Of a stretch of DNA of 32,590 nt, positions 1 to 7,336 are shown in pieces. A program made the translations under genes and the position numbers. The stretch is from a virus (lineage: Duplodnaviria > Caudoviricetes), in the IMG/VR virus record IMGVR_UViG_3300010354_000326, positions 1 to 32,590 of that record; one strand, written 5' to 3'. The notes below the pieces were generated by a model, which was not told the DNA's origin, searched no databases, and saw only the letters and a list, made by a program, of their open reading frames with translations. Every line of letters begins with the position of its first letter. The stretch's first letter is position 1.

Positions 1-628
1 ACCTGCCTGCCGTACCCTTCCGAACCAGACCACTGCCCGACAGACCTCAACTTGCCATGCCTGCCACGCCATACCCGACAATACCGGAACCGAACCTACC
101 GTACCCGACCATACCTGCCGCACCCTGCCTATCCTTCCCGACCGTGACAGACCACGCCTGCCAAACCTAACCAAACCCGACCGTACCCGACCCTCACTAC
201 CAAGCCTGCCTCAACGTGCCTTGCGTTACCCAAACTCACCAGAACCGAACTTACCCAGCCTGCCATACCGCCCATACCTCAACCGACCGCACCGTCCTTG
301 CCTGACCCAGCCTGCCATACCAATCCCTACCAGCCCTCACCTGACCTTGACTTGCCTGCCCCACCAAACCAGAACCGTCCTAACCGGGCCGGAACCCGCC
401 CCGCCTGCCTTGCCAGAACGTGCCTCACCGCACCAAGCCGTTGCTGACCTCACCTCGCCATTCCTGCCTCACCGCAACTTACCCGACATTGCCCCAACTC
501 ACCCCGACCTGCCTGCCAAGCCTTTCCCAACCGTCCAAGCCTTGCAATGCCACGCCTGCCACACCGGAACGGACCATATCACGCCTCAACAAGCCTAACC
601 TGACCTGCCGCGCCTAACCGGGCCAAGC
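1..628 (-). repeat. Non-coding pentamer-periodic array: units of GGCA + (GGY-NN)n, candidate guide-RNA array, truncated by the window start
   Basis: On +, the anchor CCTGCC ends at 11, 65, 119, 162, 210, 264, 316, 360, 409, 468, 517, 560 and 609. Spacings are 54, 54, 43, 48, 54, 52, 44, 49, 59, 49, 43, 49, mostly 5n+4. Between anchors the sequence parses into NN-RCC pentamers with a variable NN. The array starts a few bases after the stop codon of the 632..1084 gene. Confidence 0.92.
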
Positions 629-631
629 TAG

Positions 632-1084
632 TCACACGACTTCATCTATCGCAGCAACTAAGGCAGCAAACTCTTCATAAGCAGCATAACGCTGACGCCA
701 TACCGCAATCTCTTTCTTGGCACGGCTCAGGATTTCCTCACGCATATCAACGCTGGTCATTGCCACTTCAATCGGAACGTACTGTGGCTCCTCCAACGTG
801 ACATGGACGAACGCACGGGTTTCCGCATTGACTGGTGCATCGGCATATTCAGCAACAACAATAGAACCCATAAGCTTACGCGCTTGCCACAAACGATAAT
901 TGTCAGCAGCTTTGTCATCACGCCATTCAAAGCACGGATGCAATGGTGATTTTTCACTCGCAGCATCATCAACCACCAAGCGCGGAGTCAGTTCACCGTT
1001 CTGCGTGCGGATACGATGCAGACGCTCTGCGGCAATCTGTGCGCCGACAGGAAAGCGTGAATCAGATTTCCATTGATAGATCAT
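632..1084 (-). CDS. Conserved hypothetical phage protein (LTP..VV..A..SPLHPCFEW.D..AA..YRL.QAR motif), accessory gene of the Cas7-like/array locus
   Basis: 150 aa ORF with GGGGG SD 5 nt upstream of the ATG. It lies between the RAMP-like gene and the array on the same strand. The motif is recognisable from phage hypothetical proteins; function unknown. Confidence 0.8.
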   Translation of the reverse strand: MIYQWKSDSRFPVGAQIAAERLHRIRTQNGELTPRLVVDDAASEKSPLHPCFEWRDDKAADNYRLWQARKLMGSIVVAEYADAPVNAETRAFVHVTLEEPQYVPIEVAMTSVDMREEILSRAKKEIAVWRQRYAAYEEFAALVAAIDEVV

Positions 1085-1132
1085 AACAACCCCCAGAGTT
1101 GGGGCGACACCGTAGCATCGCCCCTGTTGTTA
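1084..1132 (-). promoter_or_regulatory. Structured intergenic RNA element with a cUACGg tetraloop hairpin
   Basis: Minus strand GGGGCGAUGC-UACG-GUGUCGCCCC (1124-1101) is a 10-bp stem with two G-U pairs. TAACAAC (1084-1090) and GTTGTTA (1126-1132) are complementary and could form an outer stem. Confidence 0.65.
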
Positions 1133-1768
1133 TTACGCAGCCTTCTTGCGGCTGTTGCGGATGTCGTTGATGCGCTTCATCTCTTCCGCGCTGGCAACAT
1201 GGAAGCGGCCATACTGACCATCCTTCTCAGGACGCCATTCACCAACACCAACTGCAAAGCCAGCGGTCTGCATGAGGTTCAGGATTTGCTCAGCTGACAT
1301 CACGTTGCCATTATATTTGACAGTGATCGTAGTCCACCAATTCTTGAACTCACCACGATAACGGATATCAGCCGTTCCCATCGCAATACGCACCATATCC
1401 TCACGCATTGCAGGCTCATCGCCTTCAATGACAGCAAACTCACCATCAACGTGAAACGCCTGTCGCGCAGCCACTTTTGTCATGCTGCCGATAGACGTAC
1501 ACGCCGTGACAGCCGCAGCTTTGAAGCCAATGATGGGGAAGCCGTAGCTGCCATCCTCCAGCACATACAATGACTCACGGAAGTCACGCTCCGGGTCCTT
1601 AGCTTCTTTACCAGCGGTAGCTTTCTTCATCTGTTTATCAAGCATCTGCTTCTTAGCTTTCTCTGACCAACGATGCACGATTAGTGGCGTGTCACCGACC
1701 AGAGTTACTTGAACCGTCTCAATCTTCAGAGGCGGCAGTGTTACCGTTGCAGTTGATGTAGCAGCCAT
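1133..1768 (-). CDS. Stand-alone RAMP/Cas7-like RNA-binding protein
   Basis: RAMP/RRM-type layout: N-terminal strand VQVTLVGDTPLIVH, GFPIIGFKAA (compare Cas7 'IPGSSLKGA'), thumb-like hairpin REDMVRIAMGTADIRYRGEF, and C-terminal glycine-rich loop AGFAVGVGEWRPEKDGQYGRF. Likely start is the ATG at 1768 after an AGGGG SD. Confidence 0.8.
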   Translation of the reverse strand: MAATSTATVTLPPLKIETVQVTLVGDTPLIVHRWSEKAKKQMLDKQMKKATAGKEAKDPERDFRESLYVLEDGSYGFPIIGFKAAAVTACTSIGSMTKVAARQAFHVDGEFAVIEGDEPAMREDMVRIAMGTADIRYRGEFKNWWTTITVKYNGNVMSAEQILNLMQTAGFAVGVGEWRPEKDGQYGRFHVASAEEMKRINDIRNSRKKAA

Positions 1769-1791
1769 GTTTTTTCCCCTATGCACTGCAT

Positions 1792-1810
1792 TGCCAGAAA
1801 CCGTCTGGCA
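1792..1810. promoter_or_regulatory. Perfect 7-bp inverted repeat upstream of the Cas7-like gene
   Basis: TGCCAGA-aaccg-TCTGGCA in the intergenic gap. Confidence 0.4.
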
Positions 1811-1821
1811 CGGATCGCTGA

Positions 1822-2214
1822 TTAGTCAGCAGATTCCAACATATCTTTGAGCTTCTGTTTATCCTCTTGATTTATCCTATACCCAAAACCGTTATGATGA
1901 ACAATAGATACACCGTAACGACTGAGCTTGCGTCTTGTATGCGATACTGCAACCCTTGCACGACCGTAACTATGTGACAAAATTTCACTACGGGTTTCAT
2001 GCGCGTATTCCAGCATCAGCTGGTCGATACGTTTAGTTGGCAGCTCACCATTGTTTTTATACAGAGCGTTGATGATCGTTGCTTGTTGCGGCGACAGACC
2101 AAAGCGGCCCAAGAAAGGATTGTCAGGCGGCATGAGGATTTCCCTCATTTGCCTAATCTCTTCCTCAAGCTGATCTATACGCTCCCGTAACAATCGGACC
2201 TGACTCGTCTCCAT
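1822..2214 (-). CDS. Winged-helix DNA-binding protein (OmpR/PhoB C-terminal-like) with N-terminal coiled coil
   Basis: LSPQQATIINAL...RVAVSHTRRKL...IVHHNGFGYRI matches the Trans_reg_C pattern (V.V.I..LR.KL...I.TV.G.GY). No receiver domain. Confidence 0.7.
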   Translation of the reverse strand: METSQVRLLRERIDQLEEEIRQMREILMPPDNPFLGRFGLSPQQATIINALYKNNGELPTKRIDQLMLEYAHETRSEILSHSYGRARVAVSHTRRKLSRYGVSIVHHNGFGYRINQEDKQKLKDMLESAD

Positions 2215-2566
2215 CTGTATCCTCTAGCGGCTCTATTATGACCCGACACTGTGGCCCCTTATCTATCCATCGGGCCTCTAACCATTCACACAGACTATCG
2301 TCCTGCACTATATTTTGGCTCACCAGAATATCGCTGATGGCTTTCTCCAAGTTGCCAAGGTCACGCTTTCTCTTGTCAGGACGCACGGCAAGGATTGTCA
2401 GCTTATATGGGCCTTCAATCCGCTTACCTTTGGACTGCCCTGCAATCTGCCACATGGCTAATTTGCGCCATTCGGCATACTTAGGCGACCTATAGACACC
2501 TCCTCCTTTACTCGCCCTCCATAGGCGGTTCACTGACGGGGGGAACGGCAGTACAAGAGTTATCAT
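2165..2566 (-). CDS. rusA: RusA-family Holliday junction resolvase
   Basis: LPFPPSVNRLWR, RPDKRKRDLGNLEKAISDIL and IVQDDS are typical RusA motifs. Confidence 0.9.
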   Translation of the reverse strand: MITLVLPFPPSVNRLWRASKGGGVYRSPKYAEWRKLAMWQIAGQSKGKRIEGPYKLTILAVRPDKRKRDLGNLEKAISDILVSQNIVQDDSLCEWLEARWIDKGPQCRVIIEPLEDTDGDESGPIVTGAYRSA

Positions 2567-2876
2567 TCTGACCAGCCTTCCTCCGCGCCAAAACCAGATG
2601 AAGATACCGGGCCACTGTAGGCTCAGAAACCTTCATTTTCTCAGCAATCTCTGCCGTATTCATCCCCATATTCCAATAGCCCTCAACATAAAGATCGGGC
2701 CGGATACGATATGGGTGCAGGCCAGTGGACTTAGACACCTGCCGCACCCATTTGGCAGGGATCATTTTCCATGAAGATACAGCTTGGTTGCTCACGCCCA
2801 GCGATTGCGCCAAACGGGATGCAGTGCCGTACCGCTTGATAACCTCAAGCAAACATGGGTCACGATCTAGCCTCAT
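2508..2876 (-). CDS. Cro/YdaS-like transcriptional regulator with a second C-terminal HTH
   Basis: ASRLAQSLGVSNQAVSSW..IP and RIRPDLY are the YdaS/Cro signature, followed by GMNTAEIAEKMKVSEPTVARYL (second HTH). Confidence 0.8.
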   Translation of the reverse strand: MRLDRDPCLLEVIKRYGTASRLAQSLGVSNQAVSSWKMIPAKWVRQVSKSTGLHPYRIRPDLYVEGYWNMGMNTAEIAEKMKVSEPTVARYLHLVLARRKAGQNDNSCTAVPPVSEPPMEGE

Positions 2877-2974
2877 GTGTGCAAAATGACCCCTTTTTCA
2901 CAAAAGTCAAGAGGGGGGTTGATTTTCTCTGCAACGTAGGTATATATGAGGAACCCTACTACGGGAGAGAAGAT
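2877..2974. promoter_or_regulatory. Divergent promoter region (back-to-back sigma70-like promoters)
   Basis: Leftward: TTGACT (2910-2905)-16 bp-CATTTT, about 7 nt before the cro ATG, so probably leaderless. Rightward: TTGATT (2919-2924)-16 bp-TATATA (2941-2946). Gene orientation switches here. Confidence 0.6.
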
Positions 2975-3304
2975 ATGTCGTACACAGAGCTTACTTCAAT
3001 GAAGGATCAGGCATTCTATGTTGTGGTTCGCCGTCCTACCCGCGCCACTATCCGTGGCAAGGAGCTTTGGATGGAAGAGCAGATGCTGAATGAAAAGGAT
3101 ATGGTTCGCTGGATTGCTGAGTTTCAAACTCGCCCCAAGGACATCCATGCAATTCTCTGTGTTGATCTCATCAACGGCATTGTAGAGGACTCTACTGAAG
3201 ACATCGTGGAACAGGCTTGTGACTACTATCTTCATAAGAATGGTGGCCGCGATGAAGAACTTGAGGACTGGCTTTATTCCGTCCGCAATCCATGTAACGC
3301 ATAA
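2975..3304 (+). CDS. Hypothetical early protein
   Basis: ATG 2975 follows a GGGAGA SD, within ORF 2855..3304; first gene of the rightward operon. Confidence 0.7.
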   Translation: MSYTELTSMKDQAFYVVVRRPTRATIRGKELWMEEQMLNEKDMVRWIAEFQTRPKDIHAILCVDLINGIVEDSTEDIVEQACDYYLHKNGGRDEELEDWLYSVRNPCNA

Positions 3305-3315
3305 GGAGAATACCT

Positions 3316-3936
3316 ATGAAGATGTCTGAGAATATTTCCCAACTTGCCACAGCCCTGTCCAAAGCGCAGGGCGAGATTGATGATGCCACTAAGAAGGGCG
3401 TCAATCCTGCATTCCGTTCCAAGTACGCAGACCTTGCTGCGGTGCGCGGTGTTATCCGTGAACCGCTGGCAGTCAATGATCTGTCAATCGTGCAATTTCC
3501 CCGCACCATCCAAGGTGGTGTGGAAGTGGAAACCATGATTGTCCACAAGTCCGGTGAGTTTATGTCTGAGACGCTGTTCATGCCCGTCAATAAGTATGAC
3601 GCTCACGGCATTGGTTCAGGCATTACCTATGCTCGCCGTTATGGCCTTATGTCTCTTCTGTGCCTTGCAGCTGATGATGATGACGGCAATGCTGCTGTTG
3701 AGAAAGCTCCTGCAAAGGAAGCCGCACCAGTGGCTAAGAAGCTTTCCAAAGATGATGAAGCAGCTCTTGCTAAGAATGCGATGATTGCGGCCAACTCTGG
3801 CACGGCTACCCTCACTGCATGGTGGAAGACACTCTCTAAGGATCAGCGCAGCGCATTGGATTCCGATGCCATTGCTGAACTGAAGGCGATGGCTCAAGCC
3901 GCTGATGCTAAGGAGAAGACCGATGAGAATGTCTGA
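3316..3936 (+). CDS. erf: ERF-family single-strand annealing protein
   Basis: LATALSKAQ, NPAFRSKYADL, HKSGEFM, GSGITYARRYGL..L...ADDDDG; AAGGAG SD. Confidence 0.93.
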   Translation: MKMSENISQLATALSKAQGEIDDATKKGVNPAFRSKYADLAAVRGVIREPLAVNDLSIVQFPRTIQGGVEVETMIVHKSGEFMSETLFMPVNKYDAHGIGSGITYARRYGLMSLLCLAADDDDGNAAVEKAPAKEAAPVAKKLSKDDEAALAKNAMIAANSGTATLTAWWKTLSKDQRSALDSDAIAELKAMAQAADAKEKTDENV

Positions 3937-4141
3937 GCTTTGGGCAGAAATGGGCCATCTTCCCTCCCAGCCAAGTGAAGAAGACATCAAACGCGCTGGT
4001 GAAAAGATGCTGCGTGATCAGTTTGCCATTGCTGCGCTTCCTGCGCTTATTCAACTGCAAAGCATTGAAACTGTGCAAGAGGCCGCAAGAGCTTCTTATT
4101 ACGTTGCAGATGCCATGCTGAAAGCGCGGGAGGAAAAGTGA
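3923..4141 (+). CDS. Small conserved phage protein (LRD.FA.AA...AY..ADAML.AR family)
   Basis: LRDQFAIAALPAL...ASYYVADAMLKAREE motif; AAGGAG SD. Confidence 0.7.
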   Translation: MRMSELWAEMGHLPSQPSEEDIKRAGEKMLRDQFAIAALPALIQLQSIETVQEAARASYYVADAMLKAREEK

Positions 4142-4326
4142 TGGTTGCCTTTGGCTCGTTCGTCTTCTTTGCTGGCTTGCTTTATGCGGCCATTCAAAGC
4201 GGCTATCTGCACGACAAGACTGTCAAAATGACTGACAGGGAACTGATGGGATATATCGTGTCTGCTACTGGCGTAGCACTGATGTATGCCGGACTCGTCA
4301 TCAAAATCTACGAGTGGCTTCCATGA
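4138..4326 (+). CDS. Small two-TM membrane protein
   Basis: Two hydrophobic segments; overlaps both neighbours (GTGA/ATGA coupling). Confidence 0.55.
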   Translation: MMVAFGSFVFFAGLLYAAIQSGYLHDKTVKMTDRELMGYIVSATGVALMYAGLVIKIYEWLP

Positions 4327-4946
4327 ACGACCTTCAACGCACCGATGAATGGTATGCAGCCCGTCTTGGCAAGGTGACTGCCAGCCGCGTGGCTGATGTG
4401 GTTGCTAAGACCAAGACTGGCTACAGTGCCAGCCGCGCCAACTATATGGCTGAATTGATTTGCGAGCGCCTGACAGGAAAGCAGGGGGATTCCTATCAGA
4501 ACGCTGCAATGGTGTGGGGAACTGAGACTGAGCCAATGGCCCGTGCTGCCTATGAAGCAGAAACCGGGGCTTTGGTGGAAGGGGTCGGTTTCGTTCCCCA
4601 CCCTACTCTTGCCATGGCAGGGGCTTCTCCTGATGGGCTTGTTAGCTATGATGGGTTGGTGGAAATCAAATGCCCCAACACAGCCACTCATATTGATACA
4701 ATCCTGACAGAGACAATCCCTGCCAAGTATGTCACGCAGATGCAATGGCAGATGGCTTGCACTACCCGTGACTGGTGTGACTTCATCAGCTATGACCCAC
4801 GTGTACCGGAAAAGATGCAGTTGTGGGTTAAGCGCGTTGAACGTGATGACAAGCTGATTATGCAGCTTGAAGAGGAAGTCTTTAACTTCCTTGAAGAACT
4901 AGAAACCAAGATTGATAAGTTGACGGAGAAGTACAATGGCCTATGA
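4323..4946 (+). CDS. YqaJ-like viral recombinase / lambda-type exonuclease
   Basis: QRTDEWYAARLGKVTAS, WG...E, GASPDGL, VEIKCP, YVTQMQWQM, WCDFISY. Confidence 0.93.
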   Translation: MNDLQRTDEWYAARLGKVTASRVADVVAKTKTGYSASRANYMAELICERLTGKQGDSYQNAAMVWGTETEPMARAAYEAETGALVEGVGFVPHPTLAMAGASPDGLVSYDGLVEIKCPNTATHIDTILTETIPAKYVTQMQWQMACTTRDWCDFISYDPRVPEKMQLWVKRVERDDKLIMQLEEEVFNFLEELETKIDKLTEKYNGL

Positions 4947-5187
4947 AGCGCGTGATATGTCTGGTTCTATCTTTGTCAACGACCGCAAGGAACGTGACAA
5001 CCAGCCAGACCGTACCGGCAGTTGCATGATTGACGGTGTGGAATACTGGGTGAATGGCTGGATGAAGAAGGACAAGAATGGCCGTCCGTGGATGAGCCTT
5101 GCTTTCAAGCGTAAAGACGCACCATCAGGCAAAGCCCCGCCAGCTCCCGCACAGCCAGCTCTGGGTGAGGACGACATCCCATTTTGA
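4936..5187 (+). CDS. Small SSB-like protein with acidic C-terminal tail
   Basis: GSIFVN..K..NQPD.TG...IDG.EYWVNGW.K and a terminal EDDIPF tail; adjacent to ERF/exonuclease. Confidence 0.65.
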   Translation: MAYEARDMSGSIFVNDRKERDNQPDRTGSCMIDGVEYWVNGWMKKDKNGRPWMSLAFKRKDAPSGKAPPAPAQPALGEDDIPF

Positions 5188-5198
5188 TGGAGGCTTCC

Positions 5199-5528
5199 AT
5201 GTCAGATGAAGCACCTGTAGATGCTCCGCTGTCAGAACAGTACAGAGTTGTGGCAAAGGCATGGGTTGATGCTGATGCCGCTGCCAATCTCTTGGAAGAG
5301 ACTAAGAGTGCTATGCTGGCGCGGATGATGTTGGCGCAGGGAGATATGCCAGTCTCCCGCGCTGAGATGAATGTCAAAGCATCTGACGAGTGGCGTGAGT
5401 TTGTGTCTCGTATGGTAGAGGCCCGTGAAAAGGCTTCTTTGATGAAAGTGAAGATGGAATATATCCGTATGCGCTTCCATGAATGGCAAAGCATTGAAGC
5501 GTCCAAAAGGGCGGAGATGAGACTATGA
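5199..5528 (+). CDS. Conserved helical phage protein (possibly UvsY-like recombination mediator)
   Basis: Helical, ends EWQSIEASKRAEMRL; GGAGG SD before ATG 5199. The functional guess comes from context only. Confidence 0.55.
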   Translation: MSDEAPVDAPLSEQYRVVAKAWVDADAAANLLEETKSAMLARMMLAQGDMPVSRAEMNVKASDEWREFVSRMVEAREKASLMKVKMEYIRMRFHEWQSIEASKRAEMRL

Positions 5529-5830
5529 CAGACGATACCGACGATGATGTGGAGGAAGCAATGGAACAGATTAAAGAAGTACTACAGAAGGCTAAGCAGA
5601 CGGTTACCCTTCACGCTAAAGTGGAAGAAGTTTTGAAGGGTGTGCCATTTGATATCAGAATGTCGGTCCTTAACATGGTGACAATTAAAACCATCATGGA
5701 AGAGTCTGACAGTGAAATAGAAGCGGCTGCGTGGGTCGCCCGTTGCACCTCTAACTATATGCTTATCATTGAACAGAACAGTGACGCACTGAACAAAGAA
5801 GATGATGAGCCAACAGGAACGATGCAGTGA
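5525..5830 (+). CDS. Hypothetical protein
   Basis: 101 aa ORF translationally coupled on both sides. Confidence 0.65.
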   Translation: MTDDTDDDVEEAMEQIKEVLQKAKQTVTLHAKVEEVLKGVPFDIRMSVLNMVTIKTIMEESDSEIEAAAWVARCTSNYMLIIEQNSDALNKEDDEPTGTMQ

Positions 5831-6180
5831 AACGGGTACGCATCACAGCCAAAATGCGGGCTGACATTTTCATGCGGCATGGCGGTGTCTGCCATCTATG
5901 CCAAATGAAAGTCATACCCGGTGAGGACTGGGATGTAAGCCATGAAATACCTTTGGAGGCAGGGGGAAAAGATGATGAATCAAATTGGCTGGTTGCTCAT
6001 CGCAAGTGTCACCGCGTACACACTAGCAAGGTTGATTCCCCCCTGATTGCCAAAGTAAAGCGCATACACCAACGCCACATTGGCGCTAAGAAATCACGCA
6101 CCCCGCTGCCGGGTGGGCGTCATTCTAAATGGAAGAAGAAGATGGACGGCTCAGTTGTCAGAAGGGACCAAGATGGTTAA
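5827..6180 (+). CDS. HNH endonuclease
   Basis: CHLC...WDVSHEIPLEAGGKDDESNWLVAHRKCHRVHT. Confidence 0.88.
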   Translation: MKRVRITAKMRADIFMRHGGVCHLCQMKVIPGEDWDVSHEIPLEAGGKDDESNWLVAHRKCHRVHTSKVDSPLIAKVKRIHQRHIGAKKSRTPLPGGRHSKWKKKMDGSVVRRDQDG

Positions 6181-6655
6181 CAACCACCCCGCCTTTCTGG
6201 ATAGGCTATTCGACTCACGGCATTCTGTTTTCGTTGTGGCAGAATGGCTAAGTGCTGGCGGCTATGATGTCCGCATCCCTGCCATCAAGGGACGGAAAGC
6301 GCATGAGCGTATAGAAGACTTTGTTGATGATGGAGACATCTTCATCAGCAATGACGGCGGCCCGGAACGGCGTGTAGAAGTGAAGATGAAAAAGTTTGTC
6401 TTTACTTCTAAAGACGATTATCCTTATGACAGTGTACTGATCGCCAATAAAGCATCCATAGACCGCATCGGGGATAATCTGGCAGCATTTGTCATCATCA
6501 GTGAAGACCTAAACACTATGATGATAGCTACGGCAGAAACTCGCCCGCATTGGAGGGAAGTCGCATATACGGCAAAGAACACGGGAAACCTTGAACACTT
6601 CTATGCCTGCGATAAATCCCTTCTGAAGTTCAGAAAGATACGGAGTGAGCCGTGA
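6173..6655 (+). CDS. Putative PD-(D/E)XK-fold nuclease
   Basis: DDGDIFI...RRVEVK arrangement; ATG 6173 in frame within ORF 6080..6655. Confidence 0.5.
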   Translation: MVNNHPAFLDRLFDSRHSVFVVAEWLSAGGYDVRIPAIKGRKAHERIEDFVDDGDIFISNDGGPERRVEVKMKKFVFTSKDDYPYDSVLIANKASIDRIGDNLAAFVIISEDLNTMMIATAETRPHWREVAYTAKNTGNLEHFYACDKSLLKFRKIRSEP

Positions 6656-6999
6656 AGTTTCTGATTACAATGAACATGCCAGCTTTTGAAGGAAAGCTGG
6701 TTCATCAAGTGACACTAGAGCTACCAGAAGTTTCTTCTGTTGCGGAGTTTTGCAAGCTGATGAACCGTGATGAGTTTATTACGGGTACACAGTGGTATCA
6801 CCGCAAAATGCCAACAGGAGAGATTTTTTGGGAAGATCGCGGTGAGATGATAGTCAATACCGCACACATCGGCAAAGTTGCCGAGTTTATAGAGCATGAG
6901 GAGATGACATATGATGAATCACAAGGACGTTCTCAGTTCAGCCGTCAATACGCTACGGGACCGAGGGGTCCAATACGGCAACGAAGATATGATGTTTGA
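6652..6999 (+). CDS. Hypothetical protein
   Basis: GTGA overlap with the upstream gene; GGAG SD. Confidence 0.6.
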   Translation: MKFLITMNMPAFEGKLVHQVTLELPEVSSVAEFCKLMNRDEFITGTQWYHRKMPTGEIFWEDRGEMIVNTAHIGKVAEFIEHEEMTYDESQGRSQFSRQYATGPRGPIRQRRYDV

Positions 7000-7261
7000 C
7001 AAGATTTCCCGCATCGCCACGGTGATGCTGGATAGGGTTGTCACGCCTTATGAGGTTTCTCTTATCCATGTTGCCACCAAAATGGCGCGGATGAGCGTGA
7101 ACCCCAAGAAGGAAGACAATTATGTGGACGGCGTAAACTACATGGCGTTTGCCGCACAGTTTGCTGGCATTGAACGTAGCACTGCGGAGGATGAAGAGAT
7201 TGCGGCTCTTGCTCGCAAGTTTGCCCCTGCACAAGCACCGGATGTGCCACAGGATCAGTAA
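6911..7261 (+). CDS. DUF6378-like phage protein
   Basis: DRGVQYG...F..I...VTPYEVSL....KMAR....KEDNYVDGVNYMA. Confidence 0.8.
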   Translation: MMNHKDVLSSAVNTLRDRGVQYGNEDMMFDKISRIATVMLDRVVTPYEVSLIHVATKMARMSVNPKKEDNYVDGVNYMAFAAQFAGIERSTAEDEEIAALARKFAPAQAPDVPQDQ

Positions 7262-7285
7262 GCGTTGCGTTGCGTAGAGTGAGTA

Positions 7286-7315
7286 GGGTGGGGGCTGTCG
7301 GTACGGTCCCCACCC
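7286..7315 (+). promoter_or_regulatory. GC-rich 13-bp hairpin upstream of gcrA
   Basis: GGGTGGGGGCTGT-CGGT-ACGGTCCCCACCC with two G-U pairs and no U tract. Confidence 0.5.
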
Positions 7316-7336
7316 GACCAACCACCGGGGGTACGC

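Noticed and set aside
221-617. Pro-rich plus-strand ORFs 221..598 and 420..617
   Set aside because: They are by-products of the C-rich pentamer array: no SD, antisense to the operon, and 5-nt rather than 3-nt periodicity.
1-628. Canonical CRISPR array or simple VNTR
   Set aside because: There is no 23-47 nt identical repeat. Only a 6-7 nt anchor is constant, the inter-anchor sequence is itself periodic, and all units differ.
2855-2974. N-terminal extension of ORF 2855..3304
   Set aside because: It overlaps the cro start and the divergent promoters; ATG 2975 has the SD.
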